DNA of 63,986 nucleotides, filler included. It is 5 parts of 5 records of this genome, joined end to end, with 100 filler letters (N's around TTAATTAATTAA, not from the genome) between each part and the next. Parts side by side here need not be neighbours in the genome. Positions count along the whole stretch, not along the records: positions 36,451 to 46,096 come from DRR378314_921; positions 46,197 to 57,050 come from DRR378314_922; 3 more parts are not named here. One strand, given 5' to 3'. The number at the start of each line of letters is the position of its first letter. Within the stretch, counting starts at the first letter, position 1. The notes under the pieces were generated by a model. The model had not been told where the DNA came from and searched no databases. It saw only the letters and a list, made by a program, of their open reading frames with translations. Positions 43,050-53,835 of the stretch are shown here, piece after piece. A program made the translations under genes and the position numbers.

Positions 43050-43562
43050 TCAGCTGTTGGGATGCTGTCGAAGGGGCATATGAAAGCGCAAGTTGATGGC
43101 GTTGAGGCCCGGATTGCGGTCGCCGATGGAGGCGTTTGAGATATGTGTGAACGCCAGTGACAACCGACGGCCGCCACGCAACTCGCGCCCGACCGCGACA
43201 ACGGAGCGGATCTCGAAGGTGGATCCAAGGTCGTTGATCGCTGTCCCTTCGAAAAAGACCCCCGGCATTACGCTGGTCTCGACGAACCAACCTTGCCCCA
43301 GCTCGCGCTGCGCTTGAAGGCCGCCGCCAAGGAAGATGTCACCTGCATCGTGCAGCTGCGCGGTGACCCCGACGCCGGCGTCAAATCCAAGGAGTTCCCA
43401 GTCTCGTGCTCCGAGATAGTCGATTGAGAGATAGGCGCCACTGTCGGCCGGTTCTGAATGGAAGTCGGCATACCCGAAGCCCAGAACAAGGTCCTGAGCC
43501 TGTGTTGCAGATGTGGAGCACAGAGATGGGAGAAGGGCAAGCGTGGTTGCAAGTTTGCGCAT
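43050..43562 (-). CDS. Lipid A 3-O-deacylase PagL-like outer-membrane beta-barrel
   Basis: Signal peptide; DLGSTFEIRS and catalytic HISNA...NPG motif. Confidence 0.8.
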   Translation of the reverse strand: MRKLATTLALLPSLCSTSATQAQDLVLGFGYADFHSEPADSGAYLSIDYLGARDWELLGFDAGVGVTAQLHDAGDIFLGGGLQAQRELGQGWFVETSVMPGVFFEGTAINDLGSTFEIRSVVAVGRELRGGRRLSLAFTHISNASIGDRNPGLNAINLRFHMPLRQHPNS

Positions 43563-43747
43563 GGGATCCTCGCGAACTGGGGCTGCCGGCGCGTGGCGCA
43601 TCGGCCTGCGGGTTGCGTGAAATCAGGATAAAGGAATGTGACGGTTATGTGTCAACTGTCATGAGCCGCCTGCTCAGACGCTGTGCGCTTGCGAAAGCGG
43701 CAGATAGAGCCTAAGTGCTGGCTCCCAAATGGCATCAGGAGGCCGGT

Positions 43748-44845
43748 ATGGGCTTTAAAATGGGAATCGTGGGTCTGCCGAACGTCGGCAAGTCGACCCT
43801 GTTCAATGCACTGACCAAGACCGCATCGGCGCAGGCGGCCAATTTTCCGTTCTGCACGATCGAGCCGAACGTGGGCGAGGTGGGGGTTCCAGACGCCCGG
43901 CTGGAGAAACTGGCCGCGATCGCGCAGTCGAAATCGATCATCCCGACGCGGATGACGTTTGTCGATATCGCGGGTCTGGTGAAGGGCGCCTCCAAGGGCG
44001 AAGGTCTGGGCAACCAGTTCCTGGCCAATATTCGCGAGGTGGACGCGATCGCCCATGTTTTGCGGTGCTTTGAGGATGGTGACGTCACCCATGTGGATGG
44101 CCGCGTGGACCCGGTTGCCGATGCCGATACCATTGAGACCGAGCTGATGCTCTCCGACCTTGAAAGCATCGAGAAACGCCGCGCGAACCTGGTGCGCAAG
44201 CTGAAGGGCAACGACAAAGAAGCCCAGCAGCAGGACCGGCTGCTGGCCGCCGCGCAGGCGATGCTGGAAGACGGCAAGCCGGCCCGGCTGGTGGAGGTCG
44301 ACGCGGATGACCAGAAGGCCTGGACCATGCTGCAGCTTCTGACCACCAAACCGGTGCTCTATGTCTGCAACGTCGGCGAAAGCGAAAGCGTCGACGGCAA
44401 CGCCCATTCCGCCAAGGTGGCAGAGATGGCGGTGGCCCAGGGTAACAGCCATGTGATCATTTCGGCACAGATCGAAGAGGAAATCAGCCAGCTGGAACCG
44501 GAAGAGGCGCAGATGTTCCTCGACGAAATGGGGCTGGAAGAGGCCGGTCTCGATCGTCTGATCCGCGCCGGCTACGACCTGCTGCATCTGGAGACCTATT
44601 TCACCGTCGGCCCCAAGGAAGCTCGTGCCTGGACCATCAAGACCGGCACCGCCGCGCCGCAGGCGGCGGGCGTGATCCACGGCGATTTCGAGAAAGGCTT
44701 CATTCGCGCCGAGACCATCGCCTATGATGATTTCATCGCCTGCGGCGGCGAGAGCGGCGCCAAGGAAGCGGGCAAGATGCGCGCAGAGGGTAAGAGCTAC
44801 ATCGTCAAGGATGGCGACGTGCTGCACTTCCTGTTCAACACCTGA
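43748..44845 (+). CDS. ychF: Ribosome-binding ATPase YchF
   Basis: [34 protein letters not shown] and TGS domain. Confidence 0.97.
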   Translation: MGFKMGIVGLPNVGKSTLFNALTKTASAQAANFPFCTIEPNVGEVGVPDARLEKLAAIAQSKSIIPTRMTFVDIAGLVKGASKGEGLGNQFLANIREVDAIAHVLRCFEDGDVTHVDGRVDPVADADTIETELMLSDLESIEKRRANLVRKLKGNDKEAQQQDRLLAAAQAMLEDGKPARLVEVDADDQKAWTMLQLLTTKPVLYVCNVGESESVDGNAHSAKVAEMAVAQGNSHVIISAQIEEEISQLEPEEAQMFLDEMGLEEAGLDRLIRAGYDLLHLETYFTVGPKEARAWTIKTGTAAPQAAGVIHGDFEKGFIRAETIAYDDFIACGGESGAKEAGKMRAEGKSYIVKDGDVLHFLFNT

Positions 44846-44875
44846 TCGGCGCGATCTGAGCCGAACAATCCGCAG

Positions 44876-44905
44876 TGCCCGTCTTTGAAAAAAGGCGGGC
44901 ATTTT
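44876..44905 (+). terminator. Rho-independent terminator after ychF
   Basis: TGCCCGTCTTT-GAAA-AAAGGCGGGCA followed by TTTT. Confidence 0.7.
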
Positions 44906-45002
44906 GCTGATACAGTTGTTGTCTATTGCTGAAAGCGGCAGGCTTGAGTTGCCGCTAACACAAATGCTACACCCGTCCGATTATTCAGTCGTAGGGATAA
45001 CA

Positions 45003-45926
45003 ATGACAACAAAACTCATCATCGACACGGATCCCGGCATCGACGATGCCATGGCGATCTTCTACGCCGCCGCCGCCCCGGATATCGAGCTGCTGGGCCT
45101 GACGACGATCTTTGGCAATGTGACCACCAAGACGGCCACGCGCAACGCGCTGCGCCTGCTGGAGGCGGCTGATCTGGAACTGCCGGTGGCCCATGGTGCC
45201 GAACAGCCGCTGGTGCTGCCGCCGTTCGAGCCTTCGGCGCATGTGCATGGTGACCAAGGGTTTGGCGATATCCCGGCGGTGACGCCCAAAGGCGTGGCTG
45301 TCAATGAGGATGCCGCCGATTTCCTGATCCGCATGGCGCGGGAGCACAAGGGTGAACTGGTGGTTTGTCCCGTCGGGCCGTTGACCAATATCGCCATCGC
45401 CATCCAGCGCGATGCGGAATTCGTCAAGAATTGCAAACGGATCGTCATTATGGGCGGGTCGCTGGAGGCGGGCGGCAATATCACCCCCCACGCCGAAGCC
45501 AACATCTATCACGACCCGCATGCCGCGGAAGTGGTGTTCGCGGCAGCGGCGGGCAAGGTGGTCATGGTGGGCCTCGATGTGACGCTGAAGATCCTCTGCA
45601 CTCCCGAAGATTTCGATGGCATCAAGGAACGTTCACCCGACCTCGGCGGCATGCTCAAGGAGATGAGTGTCTTCTACATCAAGTTCTATCAGGAGGTTGC
45701 GAACCTCAATGGGTGTTCCTTGCACGATCCGGCTGCTGTGATCGCCTGCACCCATGCGGATCTGTTTCAGACCCGCGCAGTAAAGGTCCAGGTTTCTACC
45801 GAGACGGAGACCTCCGGCGCTACGCAGGTCGCCGAAGATGGTCGCGGAGACACTCATGTGGCCATGGGTGTTGATGCGGAGGCGGTGAAGGTTCTCTTTC
45901 TCAAGCGTCTTTCGCTTCTGCCGTGA
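45003..45926 (+). CDS. Inosine/uridine-preferring nucleoside hydrolase
   Basis: DTDPGIDDA, GPLTNIA, AEANIYHDPHAA and LHDP. Confidence 0.93.
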   Translation: MTTKLIIDTDPGIDDAMAIFYAAAAPDIELLGLTTIFGNVTTKTATRNALRLLEAADLELPVAHGAEQPLVLPPFEPSAHVHGDQGFGDIPAVTPKGVAVNEDAADFLIRMAREHKGELVVCPVGPLTNIAIAIQRDAEFVKNCKRIVIMGGSLEAGGNITPHAEANIYHDPHAAEVVFAAAAGKVVMVGLDVTLKILCTPEDFDGIKERSPDLGGMLKEMSVFYIKFYQEVANLNGCSLHDPAAVIACTHADLFQTRAVKVQVSTETETSGATQVAEDGRGDTHVAMGVDAEAVKVLFLKRLSLLP

Positions 45927-45936
45927 CAACGCTTCT

Positions 45937-45967
45937 CTTCAGCGGACAATACACCTGTCCGCTGAAG
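45937..45967 (+). terminator. Stem-loop after the nucleoside hydrolase gene
   Basis: CTTCAGCGGACA-loop-TGTCCGCTGAAG perfect 12-bp stem; no clear U-tract. Confidence 0.55.
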
Positions 45968-46096
45968 GGATCTGTTGCATGATAGATCAGGCACTTGCAG
46001 GGTTTGGCGCATTTCTTCCTGCTGATTGCGGTCTTGCTGGGCAAGACAGAATTCACGTGAAAAAGCGTAAGCGGTGTATCTAACCCGGAAATTGCC

Positions 46097-46196
46097 NNNN
46101 NNNNNNNNNNNNNNNNNNNNNNNNNNNNNNNNNNNNNNNNTTAATTAATTAANNNNNNNNNNNNNNNNNNNNNNNNNNNNNNNNNNNNNNNNNNNN
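46097..46196. other. Artificial contig linker
   Basis: N44-TTAATTAATTAA-N44. Confidence 0.97.
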
Positions 46197-46222
46197 AGAG
46201 AGAGAGAGAGAGAGAGAGAGAG
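46197..46222. repeat. (AG)n microsatellite at contig end
   Basis: Read directly. Confidence 0.9.
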
Positions 46223-46738
46223 GACATGATGTCGCCCTGCGCGCTTCCGTCCCTAAGACCTGCACGTATTCACGCGCACTCTTCTTGCTTTCCATTGGTT
46301 TGCGTGTACATTGTCATGGTTCAATCCCCGACAGCGACAGGTTTGGGAGGCGTGGCTCCGTCACAGTCACCCTGTGACACAGCGACAGCAAAAGAACAGT
46401 AGCAGTTGTCGCACAGGGACTTGCCCATCTCTTAGTAGGCTCTCAGTGCGTCAGTAACAAATAGAATGGACTTCGATGGTATAACCGAGAGGAATCTCGC
46501 GCTGCAGGGACTCACCAAACCCAGCCTGATTCTCAGTCAATGGGCACCCATTCCCAGGGATCTTGCTTTGTGTACATTCGTACGTCAAACAGAACTACAC
46601 CACTCTACCACTCGAATCGACAGCGACATGAAGGGCGATTCATCCCGTATGGTCTGCCATTTTTCGTATTTTTAAACCTATGCACATGCAGATTTTGCTG
46701 TGGGAGACTTCTGCAAAATTCTTTCCTCAAGAAGCACC

Positions 46739-49700
46739 ATGCGAAGTATTTGGAACATATGTACCAGCCCGCGCGGCCGCAGCGAGGGTGCTTTTTCAGA
46801 GCGAACTGCCTCGCAAGGAAACTTCGTGTCTGACTCGATGGACATCGATTCGGAAATCACCCAAGCACCAACCACGCCTGCACCAATGGTGCCACAAAAG
46901 TTTCCTGTACCAGCACCATCCTCGTTGGCTGCAAACTTACCAGACGATATCCTCGGAAAAATATTCTCGCTGCTCATATCCAGAGATTTCAGGTGCGCGA
47001 ACCAGAAAACCCATTTGCGCTTCCGTCGAGCGATTGCGCTGCCTCTGCACCACTTTAAAAGGACGCACGCACGATGCACCGTTTCCGATGCTGTCCCTAC
47101 TTCAGATGCTTCTACGTAGACCACAAGTATTTAACGCCATTTCCATAAAGTGTACAGGCACTATGCTAATGCCACGCCACCAATATCTAACCCTATCGCA
47201 GGAACACGCTTGACATTGCTTTGTGCTGCCGCCGTTGGAGTCATTGCATTTCGCGCATGCTTCGTCACATGCGCACGATCGATTTTTTCTGGTGCGTTGA
47301 TGGCATTTTACACGCGAAAGTAGAGCACAGCCAACAGTACATGACATTTTTGTATCCCGCTCTATCTTTGTCGGAGAAGTGTTGTTGGGGTCCGCATGCT
47401 GATAGCCTTCGCCAAGGCACCAAGAGCCGCCGGTCGCTTGCTGGAGCAAGATACTCCTGCGCGACACGGCGCCGCAATCGCGCGTTCCAAAACTGAGACA
47501 CACAGCACAGGGCTTCCATTTCGATGTGACATGCAGGATCTTACACGAAGCCCACTTACGCACCGTAGTTATGGTCATGGCCAACGTTATGAAGCGTCTG
47601 GATTCGCTTTCGCTTCGAGGATTCGCTATTTCAATAGATCGCGCGTTGTCAGCATCAGACTTCAAGGAGGGCTGGTGGATCCACGAAGCTGTCATGCCAC
47701 CCGCGGTACGTCGAATCCCTGCCGCGGGAATCCACTCGCGTACGCATGGGGTCGTTGTAAACCACGTGGGATCACTCGAACGTTTGTGATATTACTCATG
47801 TTTACGCAGTTTGGTGGGCAATAGGCACTGTGCGTTTGTCGGCAGCGTGACGGGAATAAGCACGAAGCGTGCTCCAGCATCGCGGCCGTGGCACCAGGTG
47901 CTCCAGTTTTTCCAACTAAACCGCACACAGCACGTCGACGAGGGAGCCCTCGAAATATCGCATCTCAGCTCCAGAGTCCAAACCCGGGCGCAAACATTCC
48001 ACTGCGTATTCAACCACAAACCTTGTGCACGGCATTGACGGTGCTCATTCTCTTGTAAACCATGTGCTCCATGAAAAGCTACTTCACGCATTCTTGCAAG
48101 GCGGAGTACTGCTCGGGCCGCAACTGCAGCGGATTACACTCCACGGCGAGGTTACAGCTGACCATATAGATGTACTGCACACATGCTGCACCGACCTCAA
48201 GAAATTACGTCTTCGGAATTTTTGTCGATTAACACAATACTCCGAAACTTATCGACGTCGCTCGCACATTCTGCATAACGGAGAGATGCCCGCTGTCCCA
48301 AGCGGGATCCTGGGGCTCTTTCCGTCACTGGAGCTCCTTGAGATTCGTGGCCATTCGCAATGCGGTCCGTCCACGACAGCGGCTCCGCACCACGTGCCTT
48401 CTAATATGCTGTCCGATACGACACTGTATGTAAAACACTTGTACCTGGAGCACCTGGAGAGCCTTAATCTAGTAGATTTGGAAGAGGTTCTTCGAAGTAC
48501 CGCTACGCTGAACACCTTTTGCCTGAGGAACGTTCAAAATGGTATTCGTTGCCCAGAGAGCAGCCTGGTACGTCGGAGCGAGAAGGCGCAAGCGGTCCCA
48601 ATCAGAAGGTCACACATGGCTTGGAAATGAGCAGACACACGAAGGGATAGCTTCTCATGTAGCATGAATGAATCTGGCTTCCTTGTGTAAAAGTACAGAG
48701 TATAAAGCTCGCAGAAATCCAAAATTCCTATTCTAAAGAAAGCGCTGGGGGTTGCGGTCCGTTGGAGCAAACTTGTACGAGAGCACCCCTACGCACGCCC
48801 TTTCACGCGCTAGTTCCGGAGTGCATCACACTGGCTGCTATCCCATTCAGTGATGTGTACCGTACATCGATCCAAAAGGGGTAACCAAAACACCACTTAT
48901 GCATTTCATCATGTCGTCAAGAGGCCATGCTTTGAACAGGAATGCCGTCGTTCTACAAAACCTGTTCCCTCCGTCCTCTCTGTAGACTGGTGACCAACTG
49001 TGCCGGGCGCTCGCAGAATCGCCTTCCTTTCCCAACTTGGAGAAACTCGTTCTTGTTCGATGCTTTGTGACCAAACGACAGAATGCAAATCAAAATGGAC
49101 CATGGTACCAAGGCCAACTTTCGGACATTGGATTGGAACGTCTTTGCGACGCGTGCTGCGGTACCAGTCCTCCCGCACTAACGTCGCTCGTTCTCGACGT
49201 GTGGTACCAAAAGCTTGTCACATCTGCAGCCATGCTCCAGCTCATCCGCAAGCTACCCCCACTAGAGGAAATCGGCTTACTGGGATATATTCATGTATGT
49301 TGAGTAATAATATCGCGTCTGTATTTATTCCTATACTCGCTCCAGACCGTAACGAAGAGAACTCGGTCATTGCACACGATAATCTGCTACGCGACAGCGC
49401 AGCGGAAGGAGCGATCGTATTTGCTTTGCCGTGCATATTCTCTTAGTCGGCTTCGCCGTGCGTTCCTTTGTCAAAAGTAGAGCGTTGGTGTGTAGACAAA
49501 CAGATCCAGTCCTTGAATGGCACCATTGCCGCGAGAGAAGCGTTGTGCAACGCACTGGCCAAGTAAAAGCTCAACTTTTCGTATGAGGATAGCATTGCGT
49601 CCTTGCTGCAGACGCACTGCGCGCCGCGAGAAACTAAGATGGGTCGAAGGAGGTTGTGCAGCATACCAGTACTTTCGGTGAAAGCCACTACAGAAAACGT

Positions 49701-52527
49701 AGTGGTACACCCATGAATCGATGGAAACACTCTATATTCATCAACTCCGAGTCAAGAAATATCTGCAAGAGTCAGTATACCACAGGAACGTCGCATCGGA
49801 GTGCGCAGCGGAGAGCATTGGCGTGAAAGTAGCGCACGTCGGCTTCTTCTGAAACGTTCCAATTGCCCTGTCCATGCGCACTTGCATTCTAGTCTACAAC
49901 CGTTCTCTGGCGCATAATTGGCGAACGATTTTCAAAAACTCTCGCCACGATTATATACGACGGCGGTGTTGTTGCAGAAAAAGATTTTATGCAATTGCTA
50001 TCTGCTTGTCGCAATCTGCGCGATATCTGCGTGCATAGCTATGGTAGCATTACATCGAAAGTATGCGCGGCAATCGGCAACTTGAGGAGGTATGCGGACG
50101 CCTTTCCTAACTTCTATGAAAAGAAGTACCCGTTGATTAAACAATGGTGGAATTTGCTAGAAAAAGACAAGAGATATCCACTTTTGTGAAAGAAAGTCTA
50201 GGAAACTCATCCACGACGCATAGCAAAGGAAGAAGAATAGAACAAACAAAAACAAACAAACAAACAAAACAAGCAGTCTCCCACGCACTCCCTGCAGCTA
50301 CAAGTCCATCCAGAACCCTTGCGCAGTGGGTATTTGCCCACTATCGTGCTTAATAGAGAAGCTCTGACGCAAGATTGAAAAATCATGGATGCGTATGTAC
50401 ACAGCTGAACGAGGAGACGTACTTCTCTGGCCGTTGCATGAGTTCAGCAGTGTTTGCATACAAGGAGTTCGCCTAACTGCTTCCTCCAATTCTGCACTTG
50501 CGATGCTAGGCCCCTTCGCGCCCTGTCCTTTTTAGGCTTCGAACCGTCGCGAAATATTCGCTCTTCTGTGTCCACTGAAGAAGCGCAGATCCATATATGC
50601 AATACATCAGACGACTCGGTTTATTTCCTATATTGGGTTGACTACAACGGGCGCGAGGTTCTGTATGAGACCGTGTTTCCACACAACACGTACCACCAGC
50701 CGACGTACGCAACTCATTCGTGGCGGATTCGGCGCAAAGTCCCCGGCACTGAAGCGGCCCTTGATGGCGAATGCGCAGTCCTGTCTGAGCAGGAATGGCA
50801 AGTCCTTCGATCTTCAATGGCGTGTGCGTACGATAGCGATGACGACGTGGTTAACACCGATGACAGCGCATTTAAAGCAAGCGATATTCTTCTACATCCC
50901 GAGATCCAGCGTTCGATCACGCCAAACGCCCAGAATCAAGTGCTCGTCCGCGAGATCACGGCAATAGAACCGGGGCCGCAGAGCGTCAACATCGATGTAA
51001 ACGGGCTCGAAGCGCGTCTCGCGCGGATGTACAGCTCTAGCGATATCAAATCACTTCTCGAATCGTTTTCTTCTCTCCGCTATTTATCGCTCGATAGAGG
51101 AATGCTGACAAGCCAGATTCTGGAACAGCTTCCCGAGGTACTTTCGAGAAAGGGGCCACCGGTAGTCCTGCAGCACAACACCCCGCAGCAAAATCGCCAT
51201 AGATGCAACGCGCAGCCGCTCTCATAGATTTTTGGGTTAGAAATCATCCTGTCTGAATGCAAATACTTTACTTTTTCTGCATGTATGGCGTGCGGTGGGA
51301 AGAGCAGAAACGTCACTCGGAAACGCATTTGACGCCGAAGCACGCGCATGTTCTACATAACGTTCGAACTCCCGCACTCGTGTTCGCCTGCCGGGGCGAG
51401 TGCGCGGCAGAGCGCAAGCCTGCTGCCTCTATTTGGTGCATCTCTCCCACTCAGAAACAAACCCCTCGGACATCGATGCGCAAAAATGGTTTGCAGCAAG
51501 CCCCTCTTTTGACGTGTCTGTGCTTGCAATGCAGCCCCGAGTTTGTTACCGCTGCGGCGCTTGTACGATGCCTCACGCGTCTGGAAGAGCTGGATGAAGT
51601 TCTGGTATTGGATTCGGTGGAATTTCTGGAATATCGGGACTGCAATGTCATTTTTTCGTTGGAGGGCGCCTACAGAGCTATACGTGGCATAAGGTGCGAC
51701 TAGAGTGCGACCATGTGGCTAAGCTCGCGGCACTTGCAATCAGACAGGTATATCTGAAGTGAAAGTCGAAAGCCAAACGGGTGCACAAGACGGCGAGCGC
51801 TTTCCTACGTGTGGAAAGGCAAACCTCCACTGCACAGATGTGGCACTAATCCCTGCTACTGGCATCTGTTACCTTGCACGAATACGATGCGGGTATGTTA
51901 TCATCAGAGAAATTGGATTTTTGTGGTCTCGTACGCGCCAGCGTCCGAAAAGGGAATTCTTTGACTGCCTGCAAGCAACCAACCACCTCAAACTCATGGC
52001 CGTTGCTCGGCGAGCGCGGGGCATGCTTTCCACAATGCCCAGACTGCTGTGAAGTAAGATCGAGCGGGCAACAATGCCATGCTCGAAGTCTATAGCCAGC
52101 ACAGTAACATGTGCACGTCTCAAATACAATACATGTCCCCCACACACACACACCTCGATCCAAGAAGAAAAGGGCACAATGAACAGAATACAGAGGGAGT
52201 ACTTCTGCGGTCGCCAGGGCTTGCACTAAACGCGCGCCCGCCCCATTTCGTCTGGAAATCAAATGAGCTGCTCTTGTGAATTGGTTGCCAACGAGTTCCC
52301 CTCTCTTTGTCAGCATAGATTTCCAAGGTTTTGAGCCTTGTCTCAGGGTAGAATATGCACTTTATTCGTACTGGATATATCACCTGTCTGCAATTTCCTG
52401 GGAGGTCCCCGAGATGCCTTGGCAGCAGAGGCAGCGTGCAGCGCTTCCTGCCAACAGGAGCACGCAGGCCAAGGGCAGGGCCTGGGCGCCTGATGGACTA
52501 GGGGTGAGGATACTTTACCTGGCGTAG
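46739..52527 (+). CDS. Intron-containing F-box/LRR protein with an internal VHL beta domain; ends approximate
   Basis: F-box-like NLPDDILGKIFSLL; LRR-like units (LKKLRLRN, FPSLELLEIRG, NLEKLVL, LSDIGL, CRNLRDICV); VHL-like segment at 50556-50732; phase-consistent intron 50090-50509. Confidence 0.65.
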
Positions 52528-53835
52528 CAAGAAACGAGCAAACGCGCGAGTGTACCCGTACTGCTGTCCACAGGCTGCCGCGCACCGCTCACTGTGCATC
52601 TCGACCGAACGCCGCGCCGGGTTGCGTGAGAAGCCTTCGCCATGGTATGTGCCGCATGCATGTGCGTACCAGGGTAATGCGTGCTTAGTCGTGCAATAAT
52701 GTTGCTGAAATGGGCACTGTTGCGATGCGCTGCCGGTTCTGTGGAAAGAAATCGGCCGCGTTTGTTTTCCTCTGCTTTCGCGCGGCGTGCGCTAGAGCTT
52801 GTGGTGCAGAGGACAGAGCGCGCAGCTTCGGCTCCGCTCTGGCGTGTCGCTCCTGCACACTGCATGCGTCACTTTCGAGTTCTGCCAGCACCCGTCGGCA
52901 CCTCGCTCTACGCATCGCCCTCGCCGCGTAGTTCCTTGTACATTCTTTTGAAGTGCACGGTGCATTGTCATCGTTCTTGCATGCGAGAGAAGCGATGGCA
53001 CTGCACGCGGCGGAAGCGTGGGCGGGGGAAAGGGAGCTGCGGTGCGCGACACCTCTCTCTCCGGCGCGCGCCTGCTGCTTACGTATCGGACCCAGCCCTG
53101 TTCGGGGCGACTGCCGACACTACTCCCCGTTCAGGTAGTGAAAGGCGAATTTTCTCCTGTCCGGGATTTAGTCATTCTATCATGTAAATTTACTTGCATT
53201 TCTTGCTTTTTAGTAGTGGTGGATTGATGTTTGGGGGGTGGGGACGTGAGATGTGGCGGTCTGCTTTTTCCCGCGCGAGCGCGCAGGGCGTTGCCGGTCA
53301 GCGCGGAGCGGCGTTGGCCGCTGCGCGAAGCTGTAGTGGACGAAAAGCGCTGCTTCAGCGAGCTGGGAGGCAGCTCCGCCCACTGGCAGTCACTGTGTAG
53401 AGCGCTTCACACTGTGCTTGCACCTTAATCTTCGGAATAGTAGTGTACCGAATTTTCGTTGCGCGGAAGTAGACGAAAGTATTGCCCGGCATACGGGCCT
53501 TTGCCGATGGTTCGGCGAGACTTCAGACGTGCGTGTCGCGCACGCGGCGCCTCCTGCTTGCTGTGCCCCTACGCGACGGGCGATCGTGACGACAGCGAGC
53601 CACTGCGCTTGCTGCGCCTGTGTCGCGCGTCAAGACGCCTGCGTCGTGCGGGTCGCCTTGCCAAGCCGCGGGCACACTCATTTATCATTTTAATAGGCAT
53701 GTGCGTGGTTGAATCTCTCCCACTAATGTCGGGTGTGCCAATTGTTTTGCCGCACGGTGCGCTTCGCGCCGGTGGTTTGTGCCCTTGGGCCCCCCCGGAC
53801 GAACACTATACTTCGCGCCGCTCGTCCTGGTGCAG

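Noticed and set aside
43652-44902. 416-aa antisense ORF over ychF
   Set aside because: Codon-bias shadow of a conserved high-GC gene; no recognisable motifs.
36451-46096. Bacterial genes as horizontal transfer into the eukaryote
   Set aside because: They are separated from the eukaryotic sequence by artificial linkers and keep bacterial gene structure.
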